From: an uncultured Staphylococcaceae bacterium
GTDB lineage: Bacteria; Bacillota_I; Bacilli_A; RFN20; CAG-826
Length of the DNA: 64,000 nt
Reading direction: 5' to 3'
Assembly (NCBI GenBank): GCA_964433025.1
Contig: CAYSPV010000001.1
Coordinates: 10,597-74,596, forward strand
Positions 39,888-50,081 of this stretch are shown here, in pieces. The notes beneath the pieces were generated by a model. It had not been told where the DNA came from. It did not search any database and saw only the letters and a list, made by a program, of their open reading frames with translations. Made by a program: the position numbers and the translations under genes. The stretch's first letter is position 1, and each line of letters opens with the position of its first letter.

Positions 39888-40983
39888 TTTCTTTATTAGC
39901 TAAAAATATGACATCACCTTCAGGAGCGTCTATCTTTCTGCCCACTCTACCTGAGATTTGAATAAGCATCGCGGATGAATATAATTGATGATCTGCAAAA
40001 AAGACTACGACTTGTAAATCTTTTACAGTCACTCCTCTTTCTAATACTGATGTGGTTATTAAATAGTCATATCTTTTCTTTTTAAAATCGGATATCACTT
40101 CTTCTCTATCTATTTTTTTAGAATGGACAAAATTACCATATTTAACAAATTCATAAACAAATTTAAAAACGTCTTCACATAGTTTAATTGTAGGAGTAAA
40201 GACAAATACTTGTTTTTTAAGTTTTTGATAATATAAAAGCAATCTTACTAAAGTAAAATATTTAAGAAATGAAATTCTTACGAGTATTTTAGGTATAGGT
40301 AAAGGGTAATTATGAAATCTTTGATTTAACGTTAAAATACTTTTCCCTTCTTTAGAAAAATAATTAATTACCTCAAGAGAAGGTGTAGCAGATAACATGA
40401 CGATATGTCCTTTAATTGAGGTAATAGCAAAATGTTTTAAAACATCATTATCAGCGTAAGGAAAAGCATCGATTTCATCGATAATTAAAAGATCAAAAAA
40501 GTCTTTATAGCGATAAAGTTGATGGGTGGTTAAACAGATAATGTCCCCATCTAAATTATCTGTATGCCCTCCATAAACACTTACCACACGATTATTATTA
40601 AAAACAGACTTAATACGATCATATAGCTCTATTACTACATCTTTTCTTGGAATAGCAAAACCTACTTTGCCTTTCTTGCTTAATACATAACTCATAGTGG
40701 CGTACACTAATTCTGTTTTGCCCGCACCGCAAACAGCGTGTATTAAGGTATCAATTCCATTTTTATAATTATCTAAGACTTGATTAGAAATTTTATATTG
40801 GCTTTCACTTAAAGGATAGGCTAGTGAATATTCATAAGAAATACTACTTATTTCATTACTTTTTGTTATTACTTCCTGGCCATTAAAAGTAATACAAGCT
40901 CGACAATAAATTTTACCATTTAAAATTCCTAATTTTCTTTTATCGTCATTACCACATCGACTACACTTAAAATACTCGCCCAT
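39832..40983 (-). CDS. comFA: ComFA-like DEAD/DEAH-box helicase with N-terminal zinc ribbon
   Basis: CSRCGN...CRAC, AVCGAGKTE (Walker A), IIDEID and SATP motifs. Confidence 0.8.
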   Translation of the reverse strand: MGEYFKCSRCGNDDKRKLGILNGKIYCRACITFNGQEVITKSNEISSISYEYSLAYPLSESQYKISNQVLDNYKNGIDTLIHAVCGAGKTELVYATMSYVLSKKGKVGFAIPRKDVVIELYDRIKSVFNNNRVVSVYGGHTDNLDGDIICLTTHQLYRYKDFFDLLIIDEIDAFPYADNDVLKHFAITSIKGHIVMLSATPSLEVINYFSKEGKSILTLNQRFHNYPLPIPKILVRISFLKYFTLVRLLLYYQKLKKQVFVFTPTIKLCEDVFKFVYEFVKYGNFVHSKKIDREEVISDFKKKRYDYLITTSVLERGVTVKDLQVVVFFADHQLYSSAMLIQISGRVGRKIDAPEGDVIFLANKENDEIKKCISQIKLSNQNM

Positions 40984-41027
40984 ATATACTTAAAGCGAGA
41001 TTTTTTAAAATTTACTAAAAATATTTT

Positions 41028-41468
41028 TTATTTGTTTTCGTAATCAGAAATTATATCGACACGAGTTTGGTGTCTTCCACCTTCAAAATTAGTGTTTAAA
41101 AAGATATTTAATCTATTAACAACATCATTATAATCCATGAACGCTTGACTAAACGCTATTACATTTGCGTCATTGTGTTGTCGCATTAATCTAGTAACAT
41201 CATCATTATAGGCAATACCACATCTAATACCTTTTACTTTATTCGCGGTCATACATACACCTTCTCCACTTGTACATATCACCACACCATAATCAGCGAC
41301 TTTATTTTTAACATCTTCTGCTACTTTTAAAGCAAAAATAGGATAATGACAAGATTCTTGTTTAAAAGTTCCTTCATCAATAACTTCGATATTATTTTCT
41401 TTTAAATAATCAATAATTCTAGTTTTATAATCTAGACCGCCGTGATCACTACCAATAGAGATTTTCAT
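41028..41468 (-). CDS. rpiB: Ribose-5-phosphate isomerase B
   Basis: MKISIGSDHGG and ICTSGEGVCMTANK motifs. Start trimmed to the ATG at 41468. Confidence 0.92.
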   Translation of the reverse strand: MKISIGSDHGGLDYKTRIIDYLKENNIEVIDEGTFKQESCHYPIFALKVAEDVKNKVADYGVVICTSGEGVCMTANKVKGIRCGIAYNDDVTRLMRQHNDANVIAFSQAFMDYNDVVNRLNIFLNTNFEGGRHQTRVDIISDYENK

Positions 41469-41470
41469 AA

Positions 41471-42067
41471 TTATTTTTCTCCTTTTAAACATTTATTTAT
41501 GTCATGTAGGGATATATCCCCAACTCGTACAATATTTATTGTATCATAGGCATCAATAACAGTAGATGATTTTTCACCAAGAGCGTTACCATCAATATAA
41601 AAATCAACTTCATCTCTAAATTCTTTTTTTACATCTTCCATATTTATATATGGTTTTTCATTTGCCCTATTTGCGCTTGGTACAAGTAAAGGATAACCAA
41701 CATAATTTATTAAATCTCTAATTAAAGGATAATCAGGAATGCGAATTCCGATTTTATCGCTGTTATGAGTGATATGACCAATAATATTAGGTTTAGCTTT
41801 TAATAAGATAGTTATCTTACCAGGCATAAATTTATTAATAATCTTTTTAGCCTCTTCACTTACATAAGCGTATTTATCAATATCTTTAATACTCGCTAAC
41901 ATCATCGTATATGGTTTATCAGGTAAACGATGTTTGACTTGGTTTAATTTGTTATAGGCTATTACATCATCAAATTTAATAGCTAATCCACATACAGTTT
42001 CTGTAGGGAACGCTATTATGCCATGATTATCTAAAATGTTTTTAATAGTTATAAAATCTTTATTCAT
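41471..42067 (-). CDS. tsaC: L-threonylcarbamoyladenylate synthase (TsaC/YwlC/Sua5 family)
   Basis: AFPTETVCGLA and IRIPD motifs, in conserved synteny with prmC. Confidence 0.85.
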   Translation of the reverse strand: MNKDFITIKNILDNHGIIAFPTETVCGLAIKFDDVIAYNKLNQVKHRLPDKPYTMMLASIKDIDKYAYVSEEAKKIINKFMPGKITILLKAKPNIIGHITHNSDKIGIRIPDYPLIRDLINYVGYPLLVPSANRANEKPYINMEDVKKEFRDEVDFYIDGNALGEKSSTVIDAYDTINIVRVGDISLHDINKCLKGEK

Positions 42068-42069
42068 AT

Positions 42070-42909
42070 CTATTTAGCCACGATTAAAAATCTAACTTTA
42101 TTATATATATCTTTTTTAAAAACAAAAGAGCATTTATCTAGGTAAATATTAAGTAAATTTGTTAAATCTTCTTGCAAATCTTCACTTATTTCAAAAAACA
42201 TTAAAAATTTATCTTCATTTAAAAATGACTTAAAATTAGCAAATATTAATTCATAAAAATAATAATTTGGAGAAGCAAATAAAGCCTTATGAGGTTCATA
42301 TTTTAAAGTAGAAAATTCCACAGAAGATTCATCTTTTATATAAGGTGGATTACAAATTAATACATCATATTTTTTAGTGTTATTTTTTATAAAATCATGA
42401 ATATCTTCTTTAAAATAATTAACATTTAAATTTAACTTTTTATTGTTTTCTTTTGCTAGTGATACACATTCATCTGATATGTCAAATCCACCTACAATTG
42501 AATTGGGTAGATGCTTTGCAAGATATAGTGAAAGACAACCAGAACCACTGCACATATCAATAATATTTATATTTTTATCTTGATATGTTTCTTTTATTAT
42601 TTGCTTAGCAATAATACATAGTTGTTCGCTTTCTTGTCTAGGTATTAATACATTTTCTTTGATATAGATATCAATATCTAAAAAATCCATATGACCTAAT
42701 AAATATTGATATGGATATCCTTCTTTAATTTTTGAAGCATATTTAAATAATTTATCTTCATTAAGACAAGGTTTATCAAAATTTAAAACAAGTTCACTAA
42801 AATCTTTAAAATTGTTTAATTCAATTAATAAAAATTTAATAACACTTATGTTTAGATATTTATTTGACTCTTTTTTTAGAGTGAAATAATTTTGCTTAAT
42901 CGTGGCCAT
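42070..42909 (-). CDS. prmC: Release-factor glutamine N5-methyltransferase
   Basis: DMCSGSGC SAM motif and NPPY catalytic motif, immediately after prfA. Confidence 0.92.
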   Translation of the reverse strand: MATIKQNYFTLKKESNKYLNISVIKFLLIELNNFKDFSELVLNFDKPCLNEDKLFKYASKIKEGYPYQYLLGHMDFLDIDIYIKENVLIPRQESEQLCIIAKQIIKETYQDKNINIIDMCSGSGCLSLYLAKHLPNSIVGGFDISDECVSLAKENNKKLNLNVNYFKEDIHDFIKNNTKKYDVLICNPPYIKDESSVEFSTLKYEPHKALFASPNYYFYELIFANFKSFLNEDKFLMFFEISEDLQEDLTNLLNIYLDKCSFVFKKDIYNKVRFLIVAK

Positions 42910-43995
42910 TTATTTGCTTTCGCTCGCTAATTTGCTTTGTTGGTCAAAATGATTTAAAGCATCAATTATTTCATCTAATTCCCCTTCCATAACTCGATCA
43001 AGTTTTTGGATAGTAAATCCAATTCTATGATCAGTTACTCTATTTTGAGGATAATTATAAGTTCTTATTTTTTCACTTCTTTCGCCAGTGCCCACTTTTA
43101 ATTTGCGTTCACTTCCTCTTTCAGCTTCTTGTTTTGCAAGTGCATCTGCATATAACTTAGTTCTTAACATCTGCATTGCTAATTCTTTGTTTTGAAGTTG
43201 AGATTTTTCGGTTTGGCACGCTACTACGGTGTTTGTAGGTATATGAGTAATACGAACCGCGGATTCTGTTTTATTAACGTTTTGTCCACCTGCCCCTTGA
43301 GAATGATATGTATCGATTTGTAAATCACTAGGATTAATTGTGATATCAATTTCATCTGCTTCAGGCATGACAAGCACTGTCGCAGTGGAGGTATGAATTC
43401 TTCCATTTGCCTCAGTTTTAGGCACTCTTTGGACTCTATGTGCACCACTTTCAAATTTTAATTTTGAATAAACTGAATCACCTTTAATCTTAAAAGATAT
43501 TAAAGAATATCCACCTGCTTCACAAGGTGAGGCATCTAATATTTGTAATTTCCAATTTTGCATTTCACTATATTTGTTATACATTCTAAAAAGATCACCT
43601 GCAAAAATATTAGCCTCATCTCCGCCTACCGCTCCTCTTATTTCAACAATGATATTTTTTTCATCATTAGGATCTTTAGCGATCAATAAAACATTTAATT
43701 CTTCAATGATTTCTTCTTCTAATAAAGATAATCTTTTATATTCTTCTTTTCCCATCTCTGCGATGTCTTTATCAGAATCATTAGACATCTCTAAAGATTG
43801 TTTTTTATCTTCTACGACTTTTAAATATTCATTAAATTTTTCTACTTGAGGTTCTAATGTAGATCTTTCTTTAGATATTTTTTTAAATGTTTCTATATCT
43901 TTAGTGATGTTTTCATCCATCAACTGTTCATCTATTTCTTCTAATCTTTTTTTGGCCATATTAAGCCTATCAAACATAATTTCTTCCATATACAA
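42910..43995 (-). CDS. prfA: Peptide chain release factor 1
   Basis: PTE (PxT-type) tripeptide in RVQRVPKTEANGRIHTS plus the GGQ motif. The start is ambiguous: TTG 43995, ATG 43989 or ATG 43977 (MFDRL). Confidence 0.95.
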   Translation of the reverse strand: MYMEEIMFDRLNMAKKRLEEIDEQLMDENITKDIETFKKISKERSTLEPQVEKFNEYLKVVEDKKQSLEMSNDSDKDIAEMGKEEYKRLSLLEEEIIEELNVLLIAKDPNDEKNIIVEIRGAVGGDEANIFAGDLFRMYNKYSEMQNWKLQILDASPCEAGGYSLISFKIKGDSVYSKLKFESGAHRVQRVPKTEANGRIHTSTATVLVMPEADEIDITINPSDLQIDTYHSQGAGGQNVNKTESAVRITHIPTNTVVACQTEKSQLQNKELAMQMLRTKLYADALAKQEAERGSERKLKVGTGERSEKIRTYNYPQNRVTDHRIGFTIQKLDRVMEGELDEIIDALNHFDQQSKLASESK

Positions 43996-44123
43996 TAATT
44001 CCCTTAAAACCGCTTAATATTTTAGCATAAATATTTTAGATAAAAAATAGGGCATAATAACTAAAAATATCAGACAATGATTTATAATCATTTAATCATT
44101 AAAAAATTAAGTATATAATATTA

Positions 44124-45872
44124 ATGATTATGAGTTACAAGGCATTATATAGAACATATAGACCTACCACTTTTAAAGAGGTATCAGGACAACAATTTAT
44201 AGTTACTATCTTACAAAACGCGATTAAAACAAATAAGATTGGACATGCATATTTATTTACTGGACCAAGAGGTACAGGAAAAACCACAATGGCAAAATTA
44301 TTTGCTAAAGCTCTAAATTGTGATGAAGGTATAGGATGTCAGTGCAATCATTGTAAAAACTGTGAGGCAATTAATAATGGATCACATCCTGATGTTATAG
44401 AAATAGATGCTGCCTCAAATAATGGAGTGGACGAAGTAAGAGATCTAATAGAAAAAGTCCATTATTCCACGATTCTAGGTAGATATAAAGTTTATATTAT
44501 TGATGAAGTTCATATGATGACTCCAGGAGCTTTTAATGCTTTACTTAAAACATTAGAAGAGCCACCAGAAAATGTTATTTTTATATTGGCCACTACTGAA
44601 CCTCATAAGATATTGCCCACTATTTTATCTAGATGTCAAAGATTTGATTTTTCTAAAATCTCAGATAAAGACATTAAAGATAGACTTTTATATGTCTTAA
44701 ATAAAGAAAATGTTACCTATGATGAAGAAGGTTTAGATTTAATAGTGTCCCTATCTGATGGAGGTATGAGAGATGCTTTATCAATATTAGATCAAGTACT
44801 CGCGTTCTCTCCAGATCATTTAAATGGGAAAGATGTTTTAAATATTTTCTCTATAGAATCTAAACAAGAAAAATTAGGTTTAATAGATGATATTATTAAA
44901 GGTAATACACAAAGTGTATTAGATAGAATTAATAATTATGTATCTAGAGGTACAGATATTAAAAGATTAACTAATGATTTATTACATATTTATAAAGAAG
45001 CATTGATATACGCTAGAACATTTAATGAAGAATTGTTAGAAGTATTAAATGAAAAAGAAGCTAACAATATTATTAGTAATATTTCAATAGACACAATCTT
45101 AAGAAATATTGATATTTTATTAGATGCAATTAAAGATTATCGAGTAGTGACAAACATTAACCCAATCTTTGAAATTGCTATCTTAAAATTAATATCAAAT
45201 AATACTTTAGAAAAACCTAATGTTATTAAACAAGAAGAAAAAGTTACTATTGATAAACCATTTATTAGAAAGACTGTTATAGGTACAAGTGATAACACTG
45301 TGACCACTACTAAGATAGAAGAACCTAAACCTGTTCCACAACCTATACCAGAAGTTCAAATAGAAACAATAAAAGAAGAAAAACCTACTCCAATATTTGA
45401 TAAATTTGATGAAAGTAAATTAGATACCACTATTATTTATCCAAATGTTGCCAGTGTAGTAGAAGGTTTATATTCATTATCTAGTGATGATTTAATTAAT
45501 ATAACCATTATTGCTAAACGTGATATTAAAACAAAACTAAACAATAAATGGTCAGAATTAAATAAATTATCATCTCATCCAAAATATGGTGCAAAAGCGG
45601 CACTACTTTATGATGGACATTTATTAATAGCTACTAAAGATATCATGATTATTGAATATGATATTCTAGCCAATGTTAAAAAAGTTAATACCTTAGAAGC
45701 TCAAAAAGAATTACAAATTCTTACTCAACTTTTATTTAATAAAAAATATTTTGTCTATGCTTTATCTAGAAAAGACAGTGTAGACCTTCAAGTAAGATTT
45801 AAAAATATGAGAGAAGTTAATAAATTAGAAAAACCAGAAAATATTCAAATAACAATGATAGGAGTAAATTAA
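44124..45872 (+). CDS. dnaX: DNA polymerase III subunit gamma/tau
   Basis: YRPTTFKEVSGQ, GPRGTGKTT and the Zn module CQCNHCKNC. Confidence 0.96.
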   Translation: MIMSYKALYRTYRPTTFKEVSGQQFIVTILQNAIKTNKIGHAYLFTGPRGTGKTTMAKLFAKALNCDEGIGCQCNHCKNCEAINNGSHPDVIEIDAASNNGVDEVRDLIEKVHYSTILGRYKVYIIDEVHMMTPGAFNALLKTLEEPPENVIFILATTEPHKILPTILSRCQRFDFSKISDKDIKDRLLYVLNKENVTYDEEGLDLIVSLSDGGMRDALSILDQVLAFSPDHLNGKDVLNIFSIESKQEKLGLIDDIIKGNTQSVLDRINNYVSRGTDIKRLTNDLLHIYKEALIYARTFNEELLEVLNEKEANNIISNISIDTILRNIDILLDAIKDYRVVTNINPIFEIAILKLISNNTLEKPNVIKQEEKVTIDKPFIRKTVIGTSDNTVTTTKIEEPKPVPQPIPEVQIETIKEEKPTPIFDKFDESKLDTTIIYPNVASVVEGLYSLSSDDLINITIIAKRDIKTKLNNKWSELNKLSSHPKYGAKAALLYDGHLLIATKDIMIIEYDILANVKKVNTLEAQKELQILTQLLFNKKYFVYALSRKDSVDLQVRFKNMREVNKLEKPENIQITMIGVN

Positions 45873-45873
45873 T

Positions 45874-46179
45874 ATGAATCTTTCTCAAATTATGGCTCAA
45901 GCCCAAAAAATGCAAAGGGAACTTAAAAAAGCAAAAGAAGCTTTAGCGACCCAAGAATTTAAATTATCTAAAAATGGTATGGTCACTATTACGATGTTAG
46001 GTAGTAGAGAAATTATTGATATCAGTATTGATAAAGACGCTATTGATGTTGATAATGCAGAATTCTTAGAAGAAGCTATTAAACTTTGTTTAAATGAATT
46101 AAATGAACAAATAGATGAAGCGGAAGCTTCTATTAATGAATCAGTTACAGGTAGTTCCATTGGAGGTGGATTGTTTTAA
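45874..46179 (+). CDS. ybaB: YbaB/EbfC-family nucleoid-associated protein
   Basis: 101 aa with QAQKMQRELKKAKEAL..., in conserved position between dnaX and recR. Confidence 0.9.
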   Translation: MNLSQIMAQAQKMQRELKKAKEALATQEFKLSKNGMVTITMLGSREIIDISIDKDAIDVDNAEFLEEAIKLCLNELNEQIDEAEASINESVTGSSIGGGLF

Positions 46180-46784
46180 TGGATCAATTAAAGCCTATTG
46201 AAACTTTAATTGAAAACTTTAATAAATTACCAAGCATAGGTAAAAAGTCAGCAGAACGTTTAGCCTATGCTATTTTAGAAATGTCAGATGAAGATGTTAA
46301 TGATTTTATAAATGCTTTAAAAGATGTAAAAGAAGATATACATACTTGCAAAGTATGTGGAATGTATTCTTTAGAAGAAACTTGTCCAATTTGTTTAGAT
46401 GAAAATAGAAATCATAACATTATTATGGTTGTATCTTATCCAAAAGACGTAATAGCCTTTGAAAAAAGTAATTCCTATAACGGTGTTTATCATATTTTAA
46501 ATGGCAGTTTATCCGCAAATAAGAATATCGAATTAGATGAATTAAATGTTAATTCTTTAATTAATAGAGTTAAAGATAATCCTAATGTTGAAGAAGTTAT
46601 ATTAGCGACTAATCCCACTATTGATGGAGAAACAACCGCTTTATACATTTTTAAAAAGTTAAAGGATTTAAATGTTAAAGTTACTAGATTAGCTTATGGT
46701 CTCTCCATAGGAGCATCTTTAGATTATGCTGATCCATTAACTTTAACTAAGTCATTACAAGGAAGAATTAAAATAGGAGAATAA
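46179..46784 (+). CDS. recR: Recombination protein RecR
   Basis: LPSIGKKSAERLAY, the zinc finger CKVCG...CPIC and a Toprim region. Confidence 0.96.
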   Translation: MDQLKPIETLIENFNKLPSIGKKSAERLAYAILEMSDEDVNDFINALKDVKEDIHTCKVCGMYSLEETCPICLDENRNHNIIMVVSYPKDVIAFEKSNSYNGVYHILNGSLSANKNIELDELNVNSLINRVKDNPNVEEVILATNPTIDGETTALYIFKKLKDLNVKVTRLAYGLSIGASLDYADPLTLTKSLQGRIKIGE

Positions 46785-46789
46785 GATAT

Positions 46790-47416
46790 ATGTTTATTAC
46801 TATAGAAGGACCTGAAGGAAGTGGAAAATCCTCTTCCATGCAAGAAGTTGTAAATAGATTAATTAATGAAGGTTATGAAATTATAACCACTAGAGAACCA
46901 GGTGGTACACCAATAGCAGAACAAATTAGAAACATCATTTTAGATGTAAATAATACCGCTTTAGATCCAAGAGCAGAGGCCCTACTATACGCTGCTAGTA
47001 GAAGACAACATCTAAAAGAAAAAGTCTGGCCTGCTTTAAAAGAAGGAAAGATTGTTATATGTGATAGATATATTGACTCCTCATTAGCGTATCAAGGAGG
47101 AGCCAGAAATTTAGGTATTGATAATATTTTAAATATCAATATGTTTGCAACAGAAAATACCTGGCCAGATTTAACACTTCTTTTTGATGTTACACCTGAA
47201 GTAGGTTTAACAAGAATTAAATCTAATGATAATAGAGAAGTAAATAGATTAGATTTAGAAAAAATAGAATTTCATAAAACTGTTAGAGAAACATTTTTAA
47301 CATTAGCTAAAAAATATCCTGATAGATATGTAGTTATAGATGCTTCAAAACCTCAAAATGAAGTAATTGAAGAAACATATAAAATAATTAAGGAAAGATT
47401 AAATGCAAGTAAATGA
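46790..47416 (+). CDS. tmk: Thymidylate kinase
   Basis: FITIEGPEGSGKSS and DRYIDSSLAYQG motifs. Confidence 0.95.
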   Translation: MFITIEGPEGSGKSSSMQEVVNRLINEGYEIITTREPGGTPIAEQIRNIILDVNNTALDPRAEALLYAASRRQHLKEKVWPALKEGKIVICDRYIDSSLAYQGGARNLGIDNILNINMFATENTWPDLTLLFDVTPEVGLTRIKSNDNREVNRLDLEKIEFHKTVRETFLTLAKKYPDRYVVIDASKPQNEVIEETYKIIKERLNASK

Positions 47417-48395
47417 TTATATTAAAAATTATCAACACATTATTTATAATACATTTAAAAACGCTATAAATAATAATTCCTTAGTCCACGCCTACCTTTT
47501 AGTGGGTAATTCAGGGATACCACTTTTAGATATAGCTAAATATTTAGCTAAAACTTTAGTGTGCGACTCCCCTAACCCACTCGCGGACAACTCCTGCATA
47601 ACTTGTCAAAGATTTGATAATGGAAATTATGCTGATTTATTTATTTATGATGGTTCAAAAGAATCAATTAAAAAAGAAGATGTATTAGCCTTAGAAGCTA
47701 ATTTTGAAAAGAAAGCTTTAGAAAAGAAAAATAAAAAATTATACATTCTCCATCTTGTAGAAAATATGTCAATTCAGGCTATTAATTCGATGCTTAAGTT
47801 TTTAGAAGAACCACAAGAAAATATATTTATATTTTTAACTACGAATAATGAGTCGTTAGTGTTGCCCACTATTATTTCTAGATGCCAAGTATTACATCTA
47901 AAACCAATACCTAGAGATGATGTAATTAAATTATCTTTAGAAGAAGGTATAGATGCATTTGATGCTCAACTAATGTCATATGTATTTAATGAACCAGAAT
48001 TATTAAAACAACATGTCAATAATGATTCAGATTATCAAGTAGCCAAAGAATGTTTAAATCTATTAATTGAAGCATTAATAGAAAATAAAAATAAAGTCAT
48101 TTATATTGGAAATAAAAATATTTCAGATTTTATTGTCTCTAAACAATCTGCTACCTACTTTTTTGATATATTATGCACCTTGTTTTTAGATATACAGGCT
48201 ATTTATTATCATAGAGACCCTTATTTAAAATCTATAAATGATAAATTAATTCTTATACAAGAAAAGATTACAAATATTGATGATCTTTGTTTACAATTAT
48301 TAAAGACAAGACAATCGATTAGTTTAAATGTCAATGTCTCATTAATTTTAGATCACATCATAAATATCATCATAAAGAATATGAAAGAAGAATAG
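47403..48395 (+). CDS. holB: DNA polymerase III subunit delta'
   Basis: HAYLLVGNSG, the Zn-module remnant CITCQ and the SRCQ motif, in synteny after tmk. Confidence 0.85.
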   Translation: MQVNDYIKNYQHIIYNTFKNAINNNSLVHAYLLVGNSGIPLLDIAKYLAKTLVCDSPNPLADNSCITCQRFDNGNYADLFIYDGSKESIKKEDVLALEANFEKKALEKKNKKLYILHLVENMSIQAINSMLKFLEEPQENIFIFLTTNNESLVLPTIISRCQVLHLKPIPRDDVIKLSLEEGIDAFDAQLMSYVFNEPELLKQHVNNDSDYQVAKECLNLLIEALIENKNKVIYIGNKNISDFIVSKQSATYFFDILCTLFLDIQAIYYHRDPYLKSINDKLILIQEKITNIDDLCLQLLKTRQSISLNVNVSLILDHIINIIIKNMKEE

Positions 48396-48397
48396 AT

Positions 48398-49249
48398 ATG
48401 GAAGAAGAAAAATTATATTTTATCGGTATTAAATTTATACATTCATCTAGGAGTTATTTTTTCTCTACAAAAGAAGATGATTTTAAAATTAATGATCAAG
48501 TTTTAGTAGAGACCGCTCAAGGTAAAGAAATAGGATTTGTATCTATTTTACCTAGACCAATATCTGAATATAATTCCCCATTAAATTTATCTCCTATTAT
48601 TCGTAAAGCTAATGATAAAGATAAATTGTTTTTTAAACAAAATGTGGAAGATGCAAAAATTGCGGCCCAAATATTTAATCAAGAACAAGCTAAACTTGAT
48701 TTAAATATGCGTTTAATTTATGCAGATTACACTATTGATAAAACAAGAATTACATTTACATATTCTAGTGATGATCGAGTGGACTTTAGAGAATTATTAA
48801 AAGTTTTAGCGACACGTCTTAGAACAAGAATTGAACTAAGACAAATAGGCCCTAGAGATAAAGCAAAACTTATAGGTGGTATTGGTATATGTGGTTTACC
48901 GCTTTGTTGCACTACTTTTTTAAATGAATTTGATGGTATATCAATTAATAGGGCTAAAAACCAAATGTTAGCGATTAATATTCCTAAACTATCAGGTCAA
49001 TGTGGTAAGCTTGTTTGTTGTTTAAAATATGAAGATGATGCTTATACTGATTTAAAACAATTGTTCCCCGCTATTGATGATACGATTGAATATAATAAAC
49101 AAATATTTTCAGTATCATCATATAATGTAATTTCATCTGTTATTACTTTAGTAAATGAAGAAAATGATACGATATATTTAACACTAGAAGAATATAATAA
49201 AATCAAACTTAAAAAGTCTAAACATGATAAAAAGAAACACGTCGTATAG
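48398..49249 (+). CDS. PSP1-domain protein (YaaT/RicT-like)
   Basis: Cys-rich GICGLPLCCTTFL...CGKLVCCLKYE pattern, in synteny after holB. Confidence 0.85.
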   Translation: MEEEKLYFIGIKFIHSSRSYFFSTKEDDFKINDQVLVETAQGKEIGFVSILPRPISEYNSPLNLSPIIRKANDKDKLFFKQNVEDAKIAAQIFNQEQAKLDLNMRLIYADYTIDKTRITFTYSSDDRVDFRELLKVLATRLRTRIELRQIGPRDKAKLIGGIGICGLPLCCTTFLNEFDGISINRAKNQMLAINIPKLSGQCGKLVCCLKYEDDAYTDLKQLFPAIDDTIEYNKQIFSVSSYNVISSVITLVNEENDTIYLTLEEYNKIKLKKSKHDKKKHVV

Positions 49250-50081
49250 TAGTAAATATCTTTTATATATCATTGCCACTCCTATTGGTAATTTATCTGA
49301 TATAACTTTAAGAGCTTTAGATATTTTAAGTGAGGCTGATATTATTGCCTGTGAAGATACAAGAAACACTTTAAAATTATTAAATCATTTTGATATTAAA
49401 AATAAAAAATTAATATCTCTTCACGAACATAATGAAACTAAAATATCTTTGCAAATTATAGATAAAATTAAGCAAAACCTTAATATTTGCTATGTAAGTG
49501 ATGCTGGCTATCCACTTATTAGTGATCCTGGTTCAATACTAGTTAAGATGTGTTTAGAAAATGATATAGCGGTATCAGTTATACCAGGCGCAAGTGCTTT
49601 TTTAAACGCTCTTGTGGGTTCTAATATATCCACTGACCATTTTTATTTTTATGGCTTTTTAGCGCCTACTACTTCTAAAAGAAAAAAACAATTAGCGGAA
49701 CTTAAATCATTTAAAGACACAATCATCTTTTATGAAGCACCACATCGTTTAAAAGAAACATGTTTAGATATTAAATCTATATTTAGTAATCGTAAGATTA
49801 CCATATGTAGAGAACTAACTAAATATCATGAAGAATATATTTATCTAAATATAGATGATATTGATGAATTAGATTTTGAATCTATTAAAGGGGAAATAGT
49901 TATTGTTGTGGAAGGTAATAAAGAGGAGACCACTATTGATATAACTGATATAGAAGATGAAATAAAAACATTATTAGAAACTTCTAATTTAAAAAACAAT
50001 GAAATCGCTAAACAATTAGCAAATAAATACAATCTATCTAAAAATGAAATCTATGATCTAATATTAAAGATCAAGTCTTAA
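49224..50081 (+). CDS. rsmI: 16S rRNA (cytidine1402-2'-O)-methyltransferase
   Basis: LYIIATPIGNLSDITLRALDIL and EDTRNT motifs. Confidence 0.93.
   Translation: MIKRNTSYSSKYLLYIIATPIGNLSDITLRALDILSEADIIACEDTRNTLKLLNHFDIKNKKLISLHEHNETKISLQIIDKIKQNLNICYVSDAGYPLISDPGSILVKMCLENDIAVSVIPGASAFLNALVGSNISTDHFYFYGFLAPTTSKRKKQLAELKSFKDTIIFYEAPHRLKETCLDIKSIFSNRKITICRELTKYHEEYIYLNIDDIDELDFESIKGEIVIVVEGNKEETTIDITDIEDEIKTLLETSNLKNNEIAKQLANKYNLSKNEIYDLILKIKS

Noticed and set aside
43996-44123. Expected SRP RNA (scRNA/ffs) upstream of dnaX as in Bacillus subtilis
   Set aside because: The 128-nt spacer is uniformly AT-rich and has neither the conserved GC-rich domain IV helix nor any stable stem.
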